A stretch of 57,433 nt of DNA, filler included, from Basidiobolus ranarum (taxonomy: Eukaryota), in the NCBI GenBank assembly GCA_040143965.1. It is 6 parts of 6 records of this genome, joined end to end, with 100 filler letters (N's around TTAATTAATTAA, not from the genome) between each part and the next. Parts side by side here need not be neighbours in the genome. Positions count along the whole stretch, not along the records: positions 38,380 to 47,857 come from JASJQH010000821.1; positions 47,958 to 57,433 come from JASJQH010000822.1; 4 more parts are not named here. The stretch is one strand, 5' to 3'. The notes under the pieces were generated by a model. It searched no databases and was not told the origin of the DNA. It was given only the letters and a program-made list of their open reading frames with translations. Positions 38,380-51,583 of this stretch are shown here, piece after piece. Numbering within the stretch: position 1 is the first letter of the stretch; each line of letters starts with the position of its first letter. The position numbers and the translations under genes were made by a program.

Positions 38380-40381
38380 TTTTTGATGAAAAAGCAAACA
38401 TTTCACCTCAAATCACCATTCTCAATCCAGAAAACACAATCAGCACTATTCTGGCAGTGTCTGATGAATTTCCAGCTGCATCTGAGCCCTATTCAACCAA
38501 GGTTCCAGTCCTAATTACACAAGCTGATGATTCAGGACCCAGAAGATCATCCAGAAGAAGAAATAAGCCAGAAAACTGGTGGACCACTTCCAATGATGAT
38601 TTAAGTGCTTATGTAGTATTTTGTGACAAGCCACAGACTCTGGATCAAGCTCTGGAGTGTTCATAATCAAAATATGGGAGAAAGGAATGTCAGAGGAGTT
38701 TTCTTCACTTCAGGACAATGAAACATTGGTTTTTAGTCCGCTTCAATTAGGGAAAAAGCCAATAGGTTGCCAATAGGCCTACAAGTCAAAAACCAAGCTG
38801 ATGGAACCATAGAAAGGTACAAAGTAAGATTAGTTGAAAAAGGCTATTCCCAGACTCCAGGAGTTGATTTTAATGAAACTGTTGCTTCAGTGGCCAAGTT
38901 TAGCTCCATTAGATCACTCATGACACTGTCAGCCATCCATAACCTTGATCTACATCAAAAGGATGCAAAAACAGCCTGTCCAGATGGAAATCTAGAAGAA
39001 GCAATCTATATGGAGCAAGCAGATGGATTTGTTGACCCAATATATCCTGAAATGGTCTGCAAACTGCATAAATTTCTATATGGACTTAAGCAAGCACCCA
39101 GTGCTTGGTACAACAAGATATATAACTATTTTAAATCACTAGAATTCCAAAAATGCACAGCAGATCACAGTATCTACATCAAAACAACCAGATATAGGAT
39201 CCTTATGTTGGCTCTATATGTGGATAACTAAATCAAAGCCACCAATGTTCTAGACACACTTAATCAGACAAAAGCAGCTTAGCAAACCAATTTCAGATGA
39301 CTGGTATGAGTGAATTAAGTCAATTTCTTGGAATTCAAATCAAGAGGGATAAACCCAATCAAAAAATTGTACTGAATCATGGATATACTAATGAAGTATA
39401 AATGGAAGAATATAATTCAATATTTGCCCCATGGAGACAAGTCTTAATTTTACCAAAAATGGCTCAAATCAGAAGTTGTGGATTCAAATGAAAGCTTGAA
39501 ATTTCCTTATCAATCTATGCTTGGTTGGCTGATGTATATCATGGTTAGAACATGAATGGAAATTGCATATTCTGTGGGAGTTATGTGGCAAATCTTCAAA
39601 AATATGGATCTGATCAAAACATAGCAGTTGAGCAAACTTTTGGATAATTAAAAGATACTGTGGATTGGTACTTAAAATACACATATTCTGGATAAAACTT
39701 TGATTTGATGAGTTTTTGAGATGCAAATTGGGGAAGAGATAGTGAAGACAGGAGATCAATAACATGATACTTTTTCTTTGTTATAATGGAACAATTTTTT
39801 GGAATCCAGAGTACCAACCTACCCTGGCATTTCAAAAACAAGAGCAGAATACACAGCTGCATGTGAAGCAATCAAAGAAGCAATATGGTAAAGAATACTT
39901 GTGACAGATTAGGTTATTCTTGAAATTCAGCAACTTCAATATTTCAAGAAAATCATAGTTGTATCAAATTAGCTAATAATCCCATGTTTCATAATAGAAG
40001 TAAACATGTAGATATTAGACATCACTTCATTAGAGATACTACAGAGAATAAGTTTAAGAAGCAACAAAAGAAGCAATATGGTTAAGAAAACTATTATCAG
40101 ATCTGGGTTATTCTCAAAATTCACCAACTACTATACTTCAAGATAATCAAAGTTGTATCAAATTAGCTAAAAATCCCATGTTTCATAATAGAAGCAAACA
40201 CATAGATATTAAGCATCGCTTCATTAGAGAGACTATAGAGAATAAGTTTATTGACTTAACTTATTGTTCTACAGAATACATGATTGTTGATATATTAACC
40301 AAACCATTACCTAAACAGAAATTTCAGAAATTTAGACCTTTATTAGGAGTAGTTTGTATGACTATTTAGTTGGGGGAGAGT
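38380..40381 (+). mobile_element. Decayed Ty1/Copia RT-RNase H, same family as 35430-38279, ending in a polypurine tract
   Basis: RYKVRLVEKGYSQTPGVDFNET, LYGLKQAPSAW, LYVD, HNRSKHIDIKHRFIRE...DILTKPL; GGGGGAGAG at ~40372. Confidence 0.92.
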
Positions 40382-40419
40382 AAAAGTGCAAAATGGTCTC
40401 ATTTGGCATTTGCTGCAAA

Positions 40420-42650
40420 CATCATTGATTAGATACTCATCCATGGGGAAAGTTTGTCTTCCAACTAATATATTTTCAGCCATCACACTCCATCAAACAA
40501 GCAAGGCTTGCTTACTTAGTCCAAAGTCTTTGTTGCCACAAAGAGCATAGATTTCACCAGATGTAGCAAAAAGAACATAGAACTTGCTGTCAGCAACCTA
40601 CTAGAGGATGAGGTAGCAGATTCCCATGAAATAAAAAAAGGCCTTGATAAATGCAAAGTAAATCTACGGTGCCTGCAACCATTGAGCTTACTCCTGCTGT
40701 TACTAAATTAGCAAAATAGGTTGAATGCCTTCTTACCACCAAAAGCACCATTGGTATTGCATTAGAACATTGGCAGCCATTGCAAGAGAATGAGCAAGTT
40801 GAGAGTGAGAATGTCTTACTTACAAGCACAGATATTGCTGATAAAAGTGAGATTGACTTAATTGTGGCAAGTGCTGCCAGTCTAGGAACAAACATGGGTG
40901 TTAAAGTTATATTATTAGCCATACAAGAGTGAAGTATGGTATCCATACTAAACATCAGAGCATTTGATGAGTGTCTGTATATTTTAACATAATTTTACAC
41001 ATTGTGTAGATTATGAAAGATATGGTTCTAGGGGAAGGCATTAATAAATATTCCTTGTTTCATCCTTTTTTTATTTGTATACCATCATATCTGTGCAGCT
41101 GGATTACTTTAGCTGTTAATGCAAAGCATATGAGTGAGTGTAGCTACAGCTGCAATAAGGTTTTCATCATATGTGTTGGTGAGTGTTGTTAACATTCATC
41201 ATTTATAGCAGCAATACCACATTTCAAAGTCATGATGAACTCACCCAAAAGCAGGTTGAAAATACTGAACATAGTTCACTATCTAGCAACCAATGGCATT
41301 TCTGACATATATTAAGGGCTGCACTATAAGGTACTCTGAAGTAGGGCCTTTTAAAAGATGCTCTGATGATGCATTAGCCTTGGCAATTGATTGTTTTGCT
41401 CTAAATAAATATTTCATGTGCAAAGACTGCTAGGCAGTAATTTTGCACAGTTCAAATTTTTCATAAAATGAGCACTAGAAGAGTCAAAATATTAGTGTGC
41501 TGTCACTTATAGCTAGACCAAGATCCCCTGGTAATCTTGACAGATTTCTTCAGTCATTGATAGAAAAGCTTTGACAACTTTGCACCAACATAGGTTTATA
41601 ACATCATGTAATGAAAGGGCATATCATTGTATGTATTGGTGATACCTCACTGCAAAATAAGACTCTCAGGGAACACTATGCTACTAATTGCTTTAGTGTT
41701 CACAGACATCATGTAATCTGAACAGTGGGAAGATTGAATGAAGGCAATATAATTCCAGCATGCACTACAAGTTGGTAAAATACAACAGAGTTGGGACTTA
41801 ACAGATATTCAGCCATCATTGTGCTCAAAAGTGTTAGCCAAATCAGCAATCTTCCATCAGGGACCATGCATCCTCTATTTAATAACTTTTCTATCTTGAT
41901 GACACATTGATATATGTGTAAGCTTGAGCTTTGGGAACCCTTCAAGATTTCAGAGCAGCTTGCTACCTTAGGCACACTGGTGGGTAAATCTATACCAAAC
42001 CCTATTTTATTCACACCAGCCCAAGGTATTGCAAATGAAAGGAATGGAAGTAACAGATATACAACTATTCCAGCAGTCTACTCATATACATGCCCAACAT
42101 TTACTGAAAGCATTGAGAACTCTGTAATTATTCCTAATAATTTTTTAAGATATTTATTGACTATTGCTGATTTTTGTTAGTTTCAGTGGCTGTGTCTGCA
42201 GTTTGTGAGAGAATTCAAAAGCTGGTATTGTAGACATATTCATGAACAAATCAGATCCTACAAATATGCAGTTCTTGTCTTGCTTGATTGTTCATTATGT
42301 TTTGAGATTTTGTGCTCATGCTTTACTTTTTGCAAATTTCCTATGAAACACTTATGCAGAAAAATACTACATTATGCCAAATCCTCTGTTTCCATATGCA
42401 AACCTCATCACAACTGTTGTAGCCATGTTGAACCTATATGCAAATCAGTAAATACCTTAATGGTTAAAATGGCATATTTAGCTGTGCTCCTAGACTATTA
42501 CAGGCACTGGGCAATGTACAAAAAGCTGTTCCAAACCAATGGACAAGAAGTACCACTTAAGCTAATTAGTTATCATGGATTTAACTTCAAGATGCAACAT
42601 TTTTATTGTTTTTAGAGTAATTAGATCAATAATTGCTCAAGATTTTGCTT
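40420..42650 (-). mobile_element. Probable decayed hAT transposase
   Basis: PRLAALATI...SAISVLVSKTFS resembles the hAT dimerisation motif (P.LA.LA...S...ER.FS); an upstream CWNS resembles RWNS; heavily broken, no TIRs located. Confidence 0.5.
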
Positions 42651-42717
42651 TATGGATTCCCATTTTACAATTTTTCACATGGCATAGTATGTATTGAAAT
42701 TATTTAGGGAGATATAT

Positions 42718-42790
42718 TGGTCTGAACAGGATTTGAACCTGGGACCTCCTTCACTCTAGCAAGGTGCTCTAACCAGTGGGCTATCAGTCC
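42718..42790 (-). pseudogene. tRNA-like relic (tRNA pseudogene or SINE head), 73 nt
   Basis: - strand GGACTGA TAGCCCACTGGTTAGAGCA CCTTG CTAGAGT GAAGG AGGTC CCAGG TTCAAAT CCTGT TCAGACC A: cloverleaf spacing with A and B boxes, but mismatches in three stems and TTCAAAT instead of TTCGAAT. Confidence 0.75.
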
Positions 42791-43989
42791 TTGTATGATA
42801 TGCCTATACTGCTAGAGAACCTTAACCTAGTCTGTGAACATATGGTACTTTGGCATTTCAGCTATACAAGCAACTGATTGGCCTTAGATTTTGTGTTCAG
42901 ATGCAATCACCATACTGAATATTTTTCTCTTTGGGAATTGCTGCTTGTACCACAAGTCACCAGACTTTCAACAGTATATAGTAGTAATATTACCAAGATA
43001 TTGGCATAAGACAATTATTTGTATAAGAATCGAGATATTGTGACTCAACACTTCATGGGTATTGGCCCAAATTAATCAGTTAATAATGGTTAGTGGAAAT
43101 ACAAAGAACTTTTTATTTGCAAAATGTGCATGTTTCAAGTGGTATAATATGTATAGCAATTTTGCCATAATAAATATTGAAGAATAAATGTTGAAACCTT
43201 GGAGTTTTGTATACTTAATCCCAATTTGGCATTTGTTGAAATGAAGAAAGGGAATTTAGTATATTTTGTGATTGCCTTTATAGATAGCTGATTTGTGTTT
43301 ATGAGAATGTATAATTCTTGAGCAGCTAACAATTATATGAGGTTGAGTAAGCTAGTATTGTATTAACTAAAATTGGACTGAAGTTTATTGAGAGATATAT
43401 CTCTTTATATTTACTTTGACTCATAGATCAGAAAAGGAATGACTCATCCACTGATTACCAATCTAACTATAATATCAGGATTTAGCTACATCAAGATGGG
43501 GTGGCACAGTTCTTAGGCAATTATTAGATTATGACATCACATCTGCTGTGCCATCCTTTCTTGGAAATCATGTGCTTGTTCATCCAGGTAACCTTATATG
43601 GAATTCATGATCTTTGTAATATTTAATGAAACCTAACCAATTCATATCATCCCACAAATAGCACTTTTCCACCAACACCTTCCATTGAAGGTCACCTGAT
43701 CATTGTTACATCATCCCCTTCATATTAGTGCCTGTAGTCCCCAACACCCCAATACTTGAACTTTCCATAGTATATTCCTGCTTCAGTATATTATATCTCA
43801 TGTTGCAACATCTATATAAGCTTCCTATTTGATCAATGCCAGTTAACAATAAAGATTTATGCCAAAGTATCTTCCCCATCTAGTATATTCTTGTCTTGCC
43901 TTGTTGTCTGCACCCAAGTACCCTCCTACTCTTTAGCCTCTTGTGTCTGTTTCCAGTTCTTGTCCAGTTTCTTATTGTGACACTATCTA

Positions 43990-44182
43990 GCTAAACACAT
44001 TGATAATCAACATCATTTTGTGATAGAGGAGCTTGAAGAAGATATTGTGTGTTGGATATATTGACAGACAGATAATATGCTTGCCAATGCTCTGACCAAA
44101 GCATCATTAAAGGAGAATTTCATGAAATTTGTAAACTTGATGTGACTAGAATGTGCCCAATGATACTAACCAAGGGGGAGTA
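43990..44182 (+). mobile_element. Copia RNase H C-terminal fragment and polypurine tract
   Basis: KHIDNQHHFVIEE...NMLANALTKA, then AAGGGGGAGT. Confidence 0.75.
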
Positions 44183-44779
44183 ATGTAATATACTTAGTAA
44201 TCTGTTTAGTTAGTCACTTTAGTTAGTATTCGATGGGTTCCATTGGACCAAAATGTATTGGATTGCTTGATCCAGGATGTTAAGACACTATCAGGTATAA
44301 TCTGTTAATTAGGATGGTTAGGTCCTATAACATGCAATTGAACACCATAAAGAACAAAATGCATAATCCCACCACAATTGTACATGGTGATTTCTTGGAA
44401 ATATTGTGCCAACTGCTACCAAGTTATTCAATTTGGTATTGCAAATTAAGTTTTTGGGTAACTAACAATGCAGGTTCATCCCCTAGTTTGTAATTTATCA
44501 ATTGGTGAATGTGTAACAATAAACAATCTATACTGTAACTTATCCAATCAAATGTAAAACCAAAACATCTGCATGTTTGTAGGCCAATATGTTATATCTC
44601 AATTATAAAACATCCTGATCTTTAATTGAGCCCAATGGTTCCTGCATCATGCAACAACAGTTCTTTTGGAATACTCGTACAAAATTGCAGCACTCTGCAA
44701 TAGAATGAACTGTAGTAGAATAGTCTTGATCAAGATCACTTGATGCATCAACTTTAGATCAGCACATAATGCCCTCAAA

Positions 44780-45541
44780 TGTCAAGAAACCATCTTATTT
44801 TAACAGGACTCCTATTAATATTCACTAATCTAGGCATTTATTCAAATGCAAAGACTGGAGGTATTGAATATGTATATATTCAAATGAAATCTTGAAATAA
44901 TTTCTGCCTGATTATTATTTGTAAAGTTGGGAGTTATTTGTGGATATTGTTATTGTATTCTTATAGCATCAACTCAACTTGGCAGATCTCAGCCAGATAC
45001 AGCAATGAAGCAAAGAATTTCCAATTCAATATGAATAACTCTATTACAGTTTAAAGAGGATAGACTGTATCCATGCTGGTATTCAATACATTTCTAGCTG
45101 CTTCCTTCACAATACCCAGAGGCTATAGGCCCTTGCTATACATTCTAGGAGTTCCCAATGGAGTGCATATATGGCAAAATGATGCTCTGAGTGAAGTTGT
45201 GAGTATTACTATCTGATAATCTGATTAGCAATGTATAAGCAAAATCAGTGAAGAATGTAATGCATTGGGTTAAGAAGACTCCAGCATAGATCAACCTTCC
45301 AGCAAAGGGCTGATTTCAATGTGCTAATTGGTTTTTGCATCATTTGAGCACAATAACAACAACAAAACCCAATCCATAGACTCAGAGTAAGTACCTCTAC
45401 AATTTGGACTAATTTGTTTGTGTGATAATCTGAAAGTATTTCTAGTACAGCTGCAAGACAGACTTCTTAGTGAGATTGATTGAGGTATGCAATATTATTG
45501 TTTTAGTCAAGAGGTAATCTATTCAAGCAATGACACATCTA
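44780..45541 (+). mobile_element. EnSpm/CACTA-like transposase fragment
   Basis: Colinear with 5500-6265; cut off at 45541 by the terminus of an opposite-strand copy. Confidence 0.8.
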
Positions 45542-47857
45542 CTCTAACAAAAATTAATTGAATTGATCAGGATTGGATCCACCGCTCTGAATTGAAAAAC
45601 CATCAGAGCATTGTCATAATATTGGGGGCTTACATTCTGCCATGGATTTTGATAATAAGATAGCTGGTTCTTATTGTTATTTTGACAACATCATACATGG
45701 TAAATTATTGATCCTAATATTTGCCATGCATTGTTTTATTTCCAACAATTCTTGTAAAAAACTAATTTTCAAATATCAAATTACTGGGTTTACTGCTGTA
45801 GGAATGTAAAATAATATTCAATCTTTTATTTTTATATTTGAAGCTCTGTATTCCAGCCATAATTAGAATCAAAAGAAACGACAATTTTCTTGTGCTTAGT
45901 CTCTACATATGCACATACCTTACTGATCAGACATAACTCAACAACATCATTATGCTTTACCAGCAAACTAAAGGTGCAAAAATTGCTAAATATCCAAAAT
46001 TTTTAATATCACTGACACTTCGCAAATAGCCAACTCTTGTTACCATTCACAATGAGAATGAGCTCTTGAAGTTTGGCAAATTTCCATAAAGAATTCAGGC
46101 AAAATATCTCCAACTTGCAGTCAACAAATGTACTGCCACTAGTACATTTGTCATTGCTTGGATAGATTACCACATGGCTGAAGCAATAATACTGCATATC
46201 CTAAACTATCTCACCAAGAAGTCTGTCTTGCAGCTTTCCTAGAAATACTGCCAAAATATCACACAAACAAATTAGTTCAAATTATAGAGTTACTTACTCT
46301 GAATCCATGGATTGGGCTATGTTGCTGTTATTGCACTCAAACAATGCAAAAATCCATGGGCACATTGAAAAGAGCCCTTTGTTGCAAGGTTAATATATTC
46401 AAGAGTCTCCTTAACCCATTGCATGCCATCCATCATGGAATTCACTAATACATTCTTAATCATATGAGCATACTGTAGTACTGACAATTCTATTTGGAGC
46501 ATCATTTCACTGCAGGTGTGCTCCATTGGGAACTTCCAGAATATATAGCATGAGCCTATAATCCGAAAGCATTGGGAAGGTTGCAGCAGGGAACTTATTC
46601 AATACCAGCCTACATTCATTCCATCTTCTTTAAACCTGTAACAAAGCTGTGCATATCCAATTACAAAATCTTTGCATAGTTGCTGTATCTGCCTGAGATC
46701 TGCCAATATGAGTTGATGCCATATGAATAAATTAGCAATATCCACAAACAACTCCCAATGTTGCCAATATTCATCAGGCAGAAATCTTTTCAAGATTCCA
46801 CTAGTACATATACAAATCCAGTACTTCCAGTCTATGCATTTGAATAAATACCCAGATGAGTGGATATTTATGGCAGTCCTGGTAAAATATGATGGTGTCA
46901 TGATATTTTCAAGCATTTTCTCAATTGATTCAAACTTTGATCCTATCTCAAATGGCTCATTCATATTGAATTTCCCACAATGTAGCTAAGTAAGTAATAT
47001 TGGAATGTTGTTGAATGGTAAATACATAGTGCTTAAGGCAAAGCTCTGGCTCCAGCTGATCCTCAATAGTAATATAATTTTAGGCTTTCGGCTAATACCA
47101 AGTTTGATGTTAGACTGAATATTTGGTTAATTGATATCAGTGAGCATGTTGAAGTTTAACCAAGCTTTTAATGGTGAAGTCATAGAGTTTTGTGTTGTAT
47201 TTGGATAGTAGGAACGCATGTGTCAAATAGAGCAAACTCCATTGATTTGACAAAATCTACAGCAATATAGTGTATTGTGACCATGAAAACCTCCAAGTTT
47301 ACTGATGGCAGGAGTATGACCAATATGTATAATGCTGTTATCTCTAAAAAAATATTCACACATATGAACCCAATTAGATAACCATTCAAATTCCACAATC
47401 AAAGGCTCCAAGAAGCTATTTATAAGCACTGGTCATTTGGGTCCTGATATGATGGATGGTATTGGATTATTATGACTCTTATACTGTTCAGAAGGAGGAA
47501 GACTTAAGTCAATTAAGATTATTGGCTAGAAAGCCTATCCGCAGTATATTTGTTTAGTGAGAAACCATCCAGAGCCAATGCAAATGCAAGATCATACATG
47601 TCCTCAACAAAACCTTGTCTTTTCAGATTCTGGTGGTGATATCCTTCATTTATATCAGTAATACCATTAGCTTTATGGTGAGTACTTTGGTGATGGATCA
47701 ATGATCCATATTTGGGTGATTTCATCAAAACTTTAAGACAGGGAATCAATGGCATGTCCACCACATATAAATGATACTGGCCTGATTTGATGAATGCCAA
47801 TTGTGTGCAAACAGTACATGATATTGTTTGGGCACAATATCAGCAACCAAACCCAAT
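45542..47857 (-). mobile_element. EnSpm/CACTA-like copy: right terminus and transposase remnant, truncated by the contig end
   Basis: Terminus CTCTAACAAAAATT at 45542; peptides DLAFALALDGFSLNKY, INSFLEPLIVEF, GFHGHNTLYCCRFC, LKRFLPDEYWQHWELFV. Confidence 0.88.
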
Positions 47858-47957
47858 NNNNNNNNNNNNNNNNNNNNNNNNNNNNNNNNNNNNNNNNNNN
47901 NTTAATTAATTAANNNNNNNNNNNNNNNNNNNNNNNNNNNNNNNNNNNNNNNNNNNN
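47858..47957. other. Artificial contig linker
   Basis: N44-TTAATTAATTAA-N44. Confidence 0.98.
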
Positions 47958-48189
47958 GTTGCCTCTAAAGGTACTCGGAGACACTAGTTTAATCCCAGAA
48001 TAATGTTGTAAACTCTCAAGATAAATAATCAATACAATAGATTATATAAAAAATATTGCAGCAAATGACGCGTAAATATTATGCGATGATACAATGGTAG
48101 GCGATGTTGAACTTGCTGTTTGTTGTAATATCAACGTTGATGCATCTTAATTGCTAACCACTGTTCAAAGAGTGGTTCACATTCCTGAG

Positions 48190-48231
48190 CATCCTCTATT
48201 AGCCATCCTCTATTAGCCATCCTCTATTAGC
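48190..48231 (+). repeat. 14-bp tandem repeat (CATCCTCTATTAGC)x3
   Basis: Three perfect consecutive copies. Confidence 0.9.
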
Positions 48232-49121
48232 GTTTCATTCCTGTTGCCTCTCCTAAAAATATAAAGTGGATATTATCGTAGTTGCATATTATGAGCATAC
48301 ATAAAAGTGTGGGAAAGAATGATTCTAGTGATATGGACGAACAATTCTTTGCACCATATATATGTATATATATTCTGCCTATTAGTTCTAGCTAATTGGT
48401 GGACTGTTGTTTCTGGAGGGAGTGTTGTGAATATAACCCTCCTTTGGATCTAGTTCGATTTATCTAGACCATTTGAGACATATCAGCAGATCAGATTAAG
48501 AGATAGAAACCATGGAATACATGCTGATTATCAATATCTGATATCCAACCAATATCCATAATATTATCGTGAATTGTGTTACTGAACCATTCTATTTGCC
48601 ACCTTTAACCCAGTTAAGAATGGAACGCCCACCTCCGATCAGCTAAACTCTATTCTACGGGCGTCATTCCTAATAAGCATATATTCTTCCTTTCCATATA
48701 TGTGGATTTCATTTAACCTGATTTGGTGGAGGTTGTGTCCTGATTCGATGGAAACTTCTCAGTATTTTCACTAGGTCTATGCAACGGTGATCACTAAGAT
48801 ATCATCAAGCAGTGAAAATCTTTATGTACCTGGTTACACGCAGTGGAGGAAAGTCACGTTCAACAACATAGATTGAATGATATTCAGTTTTTATTAACTT
48901 GTCGGTCTACTAAAAGATTAAGAGCCCAACAGGAACTTTAAGGTATTGCAGTCCGATTGGAGACAAGTTCGTATTAATAGGTATGCAAAATGAATTTCAC
49001 TACGATAATATAGGTAATGGGAAACGAGGTATGAAACTTAAATGAAAGAGAAAAGATTTGGGTGGTAATAGTGGATGAATCAACTCATATTGTTGGTAGT
49101 CTTGGTACTCAACATCATAGT

Positions 49122-49619
49122 TTAAGCTACTTTGCACATTTCGCTGTCGATCTTGGTATTCAAAATAAGTCCAACAATCAAACCATAAAGACCCAAAACT
49201 TCGGCGAAAATCAGAATCAAAATCATACCAACAAAGAGACGGGGTTGTTGAGCAATCGAACGAACACCAGCATCACCAACAACACCAATAGCAAAACCTG
49301 CTGCGAGACCAGAAAGACCTACTGAAAGACCAGCGCCAAGTTGAATGAAGCCTGTAAAGAGCGACATGTTGTACTGAAGGCCACTGGATACCAAGACAGA
49401 GACAACTAAACCGTAAATAGCAATGATACCAGCCATAACTACAGGAACAATAGCTCTCATTACAAGATCAGGACGCAGAACACCCATAGCAGAAAGTCCT
49501 ACACCGGACTTAGCGGTACCATAAGCAGCACCGAAGGAGGCAAAGACGATAGCAGATGCACATCCCATAGCGCCGAAGAAAGGAGCATATACAGGGCAAT
49601 AAGCAGAGATGTCAGCCAT
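49122..49619 (-). CDS. VMA3: V-type H+-ATPase 16-kDa proteolipid subunit c (Vma3/Vma11 family)
   Basis: [48 protein letters not shown] with the essential Glu; intronless, 165 aa. Confidence 0.95.
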   Translation of the reverse strand: MADISAYCPVYAPFFGAMGCASAIVFASFGAAYGTAKSGVGLSAMGVLRPDLVMRAIVPVVMAGIIAIYGLVVSVLVSSGLQYNMSLFTGFIQLGAGLSVGLSGLAAGFAIGVVGDAGVRSIAQQPRLFVGMILILIFAEVLGLYGLIVGLILNTKIDSEMCKVA

Positions 49620-51517
49620 TTTAGAGAGATTTAAAGAACTAGTGTGTTATAAAGTTTGTAAAACGTAGGTGATATATATCTGTAAGACGAAGCGAGAACT
49701 TGAAAGTTGAGTTATTCAAGAGCAGCAAAATGGGCCAACATATAATGAAATAGGCCACGGTCAATGAAGGATTTGATTGGACGACTCTGTCAATAGTCCT
49801 GGGTTAGTGATCCCATGCACAATTAGTTGACATGGATGATAGGTTAGAGGCCGAGCACATTTGTCTAAAGTAAATTTTCGCCACCACTCATATCCATTAT
49901 CCCTTCCATGGCCAAAATAGTTGATATCACCATTCTTGGGTCTGGATTTAGGTTTGGATTTATCGAAGCTATTTGTTGTATCGTTGCCGTATCGTAGTTG
50001 TATCGTAGCTGTGAGTGGTGCTTTTGTGAGTGGTGCTGGTCTCTTTATGGTAATAGGGTTAGGTGTTTTGATACTGCCTTAATACGCTTAACTGTTGAAT
50101 TAGCAATTGTATGGCAGCTCTAGCTAACTGCTTGATTTGGTGTATCAAGTAATATTCTATACATTTATATACATATATCGTATACGCTTGTATATATATA
50201 TATATATATTGAGCAACTTCCCCAAAGAAAAGCTAAAATTCCGTTCCATTCTGTATTGTGAGCATATTTTCCTTGATCGTTCCACAGAAGATTCTCACAT
50301 TATTTTAATTAGACCCTGACTTAGAGCTGGAGTATTAAGTGTGGAGTTTAAACTCAGCTACACCAGGTCTCAATTGGGAAGTAATCTCTACTGTACCTAT
50401 CGCTATTACTCTATCCCTATTCTTCAATCCGTTGTGTGGTTGAAATAAATATTGGTTTATTGAAGTAGTGTACACTCTTAGCGCTTTATATTGCAAGTTT
50501 CCTGACATAAAAACTATATCACACTAATACGCTAGCTAAGCATTTGTTCTGGATATGATGTTAACTCTACTAATCCACTGATCCCATTTACAGCTTCAAC
50601 ATAGCGCAAGTATCAATATAGAAATTATTCTAGTGCTTAGCAGAGGATTAATTTACCTCACTCAAACTATCATCTAATGGTTATATGTAGCCTAATAGAA
50701 GTGAGGTGAATGGAATTTATGGTAAGTAATTTACTGTCCTACTTAGTGTTTGTTATGTCTAGCTAAAATTCATCTAAATTAAGATTAATTTCGGTATTTT
50801 CCAAGGAATTGAACTTGGTAATTTTAGATATAATCTCACCTAATCCTGCTTACGTCACTCTTCCACTTCAAAATCTTCAGGCTCGGTTAGTTCATGGTTT
50901 AAGTTGATCTAAATTTTATGAACATTAACTAAACTAACAGGGCACCTAGATTGGTAACCGCGCCCTCTATAAGATCACATTTCACGGAAATAGCGGATTC
51001 CGTAATAAGTAATTTTCTGCAGGTTTACCTGTACTAAATTTGGGCTAATAATCATGTAGTGCCAGATTAAACAAGTATCTCCAAATCACGAGTTTCGTTT
51101 TCATCAAGCCAAAAACGAACCAAGATCTTCAATGACATATCTCTAACTCCATGTTGCTAGCCAAATATTGCTGCCCAGTTTGCTTTGGTCCAACGTTTTT
51201 AGGTAATACAGCGCAGCTTTCAATACCAGTTATAATTTATTCTGGAAAGCAAATGTCATGGGATGTTACTAAGCCTTAGACTGCTAGCCATGAATCATAT
51301 TAGAGAGGGCCTGTCGCTTGTACTCGTTAATTGTAATGACGAGTTAGTTGCTTTTGGATGATGGTCAGTCGTTGTCATTCAAGTGGATCGGGACTAGAGA
51401 GAATAAGGATAAATGCAAGAGAACATTTGATGATGTACTACTCGCAAGACATGAGTTGATAGCACGCTACTCGAAAGGTACGAGTCGACAACACACTACT
51501 CTAACGACATGGTAGAA

Positions 51518-51525
51518 CTATAAAA
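51518..51525 (+). promoter_or_regulatory. TATA box (CTATAAAA) of the chitinase gene
   Basis: About 60 bp upstream of ATG 51584. Confidence 0.6.
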
Positions 51526-51583
51526 GTGCTCTCAAGTTTCCATCAAAACCAGAGAATACACCAGCAACTACTACAATCATATC

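Noticed and set aside
35430-40381. One continuous Copia element across the 38280-38379 gap
   Set aside because: Sequence from 38380 repeats the 37530-38279 region as a diverged paralog; these are different copies on different contigs.
42950-43983. Short inverted similarity (AAGATA..TGGCATAA) and a possible LTR ending TGTGACA
   Set aside because: The similarity is too short and no matching start or TSD could be fixed.
48190-48231. Direct repeats as a CRISPR-like array
   Set aside because: Spacerless 14-bp minisatellite in a eukaryotic contig.
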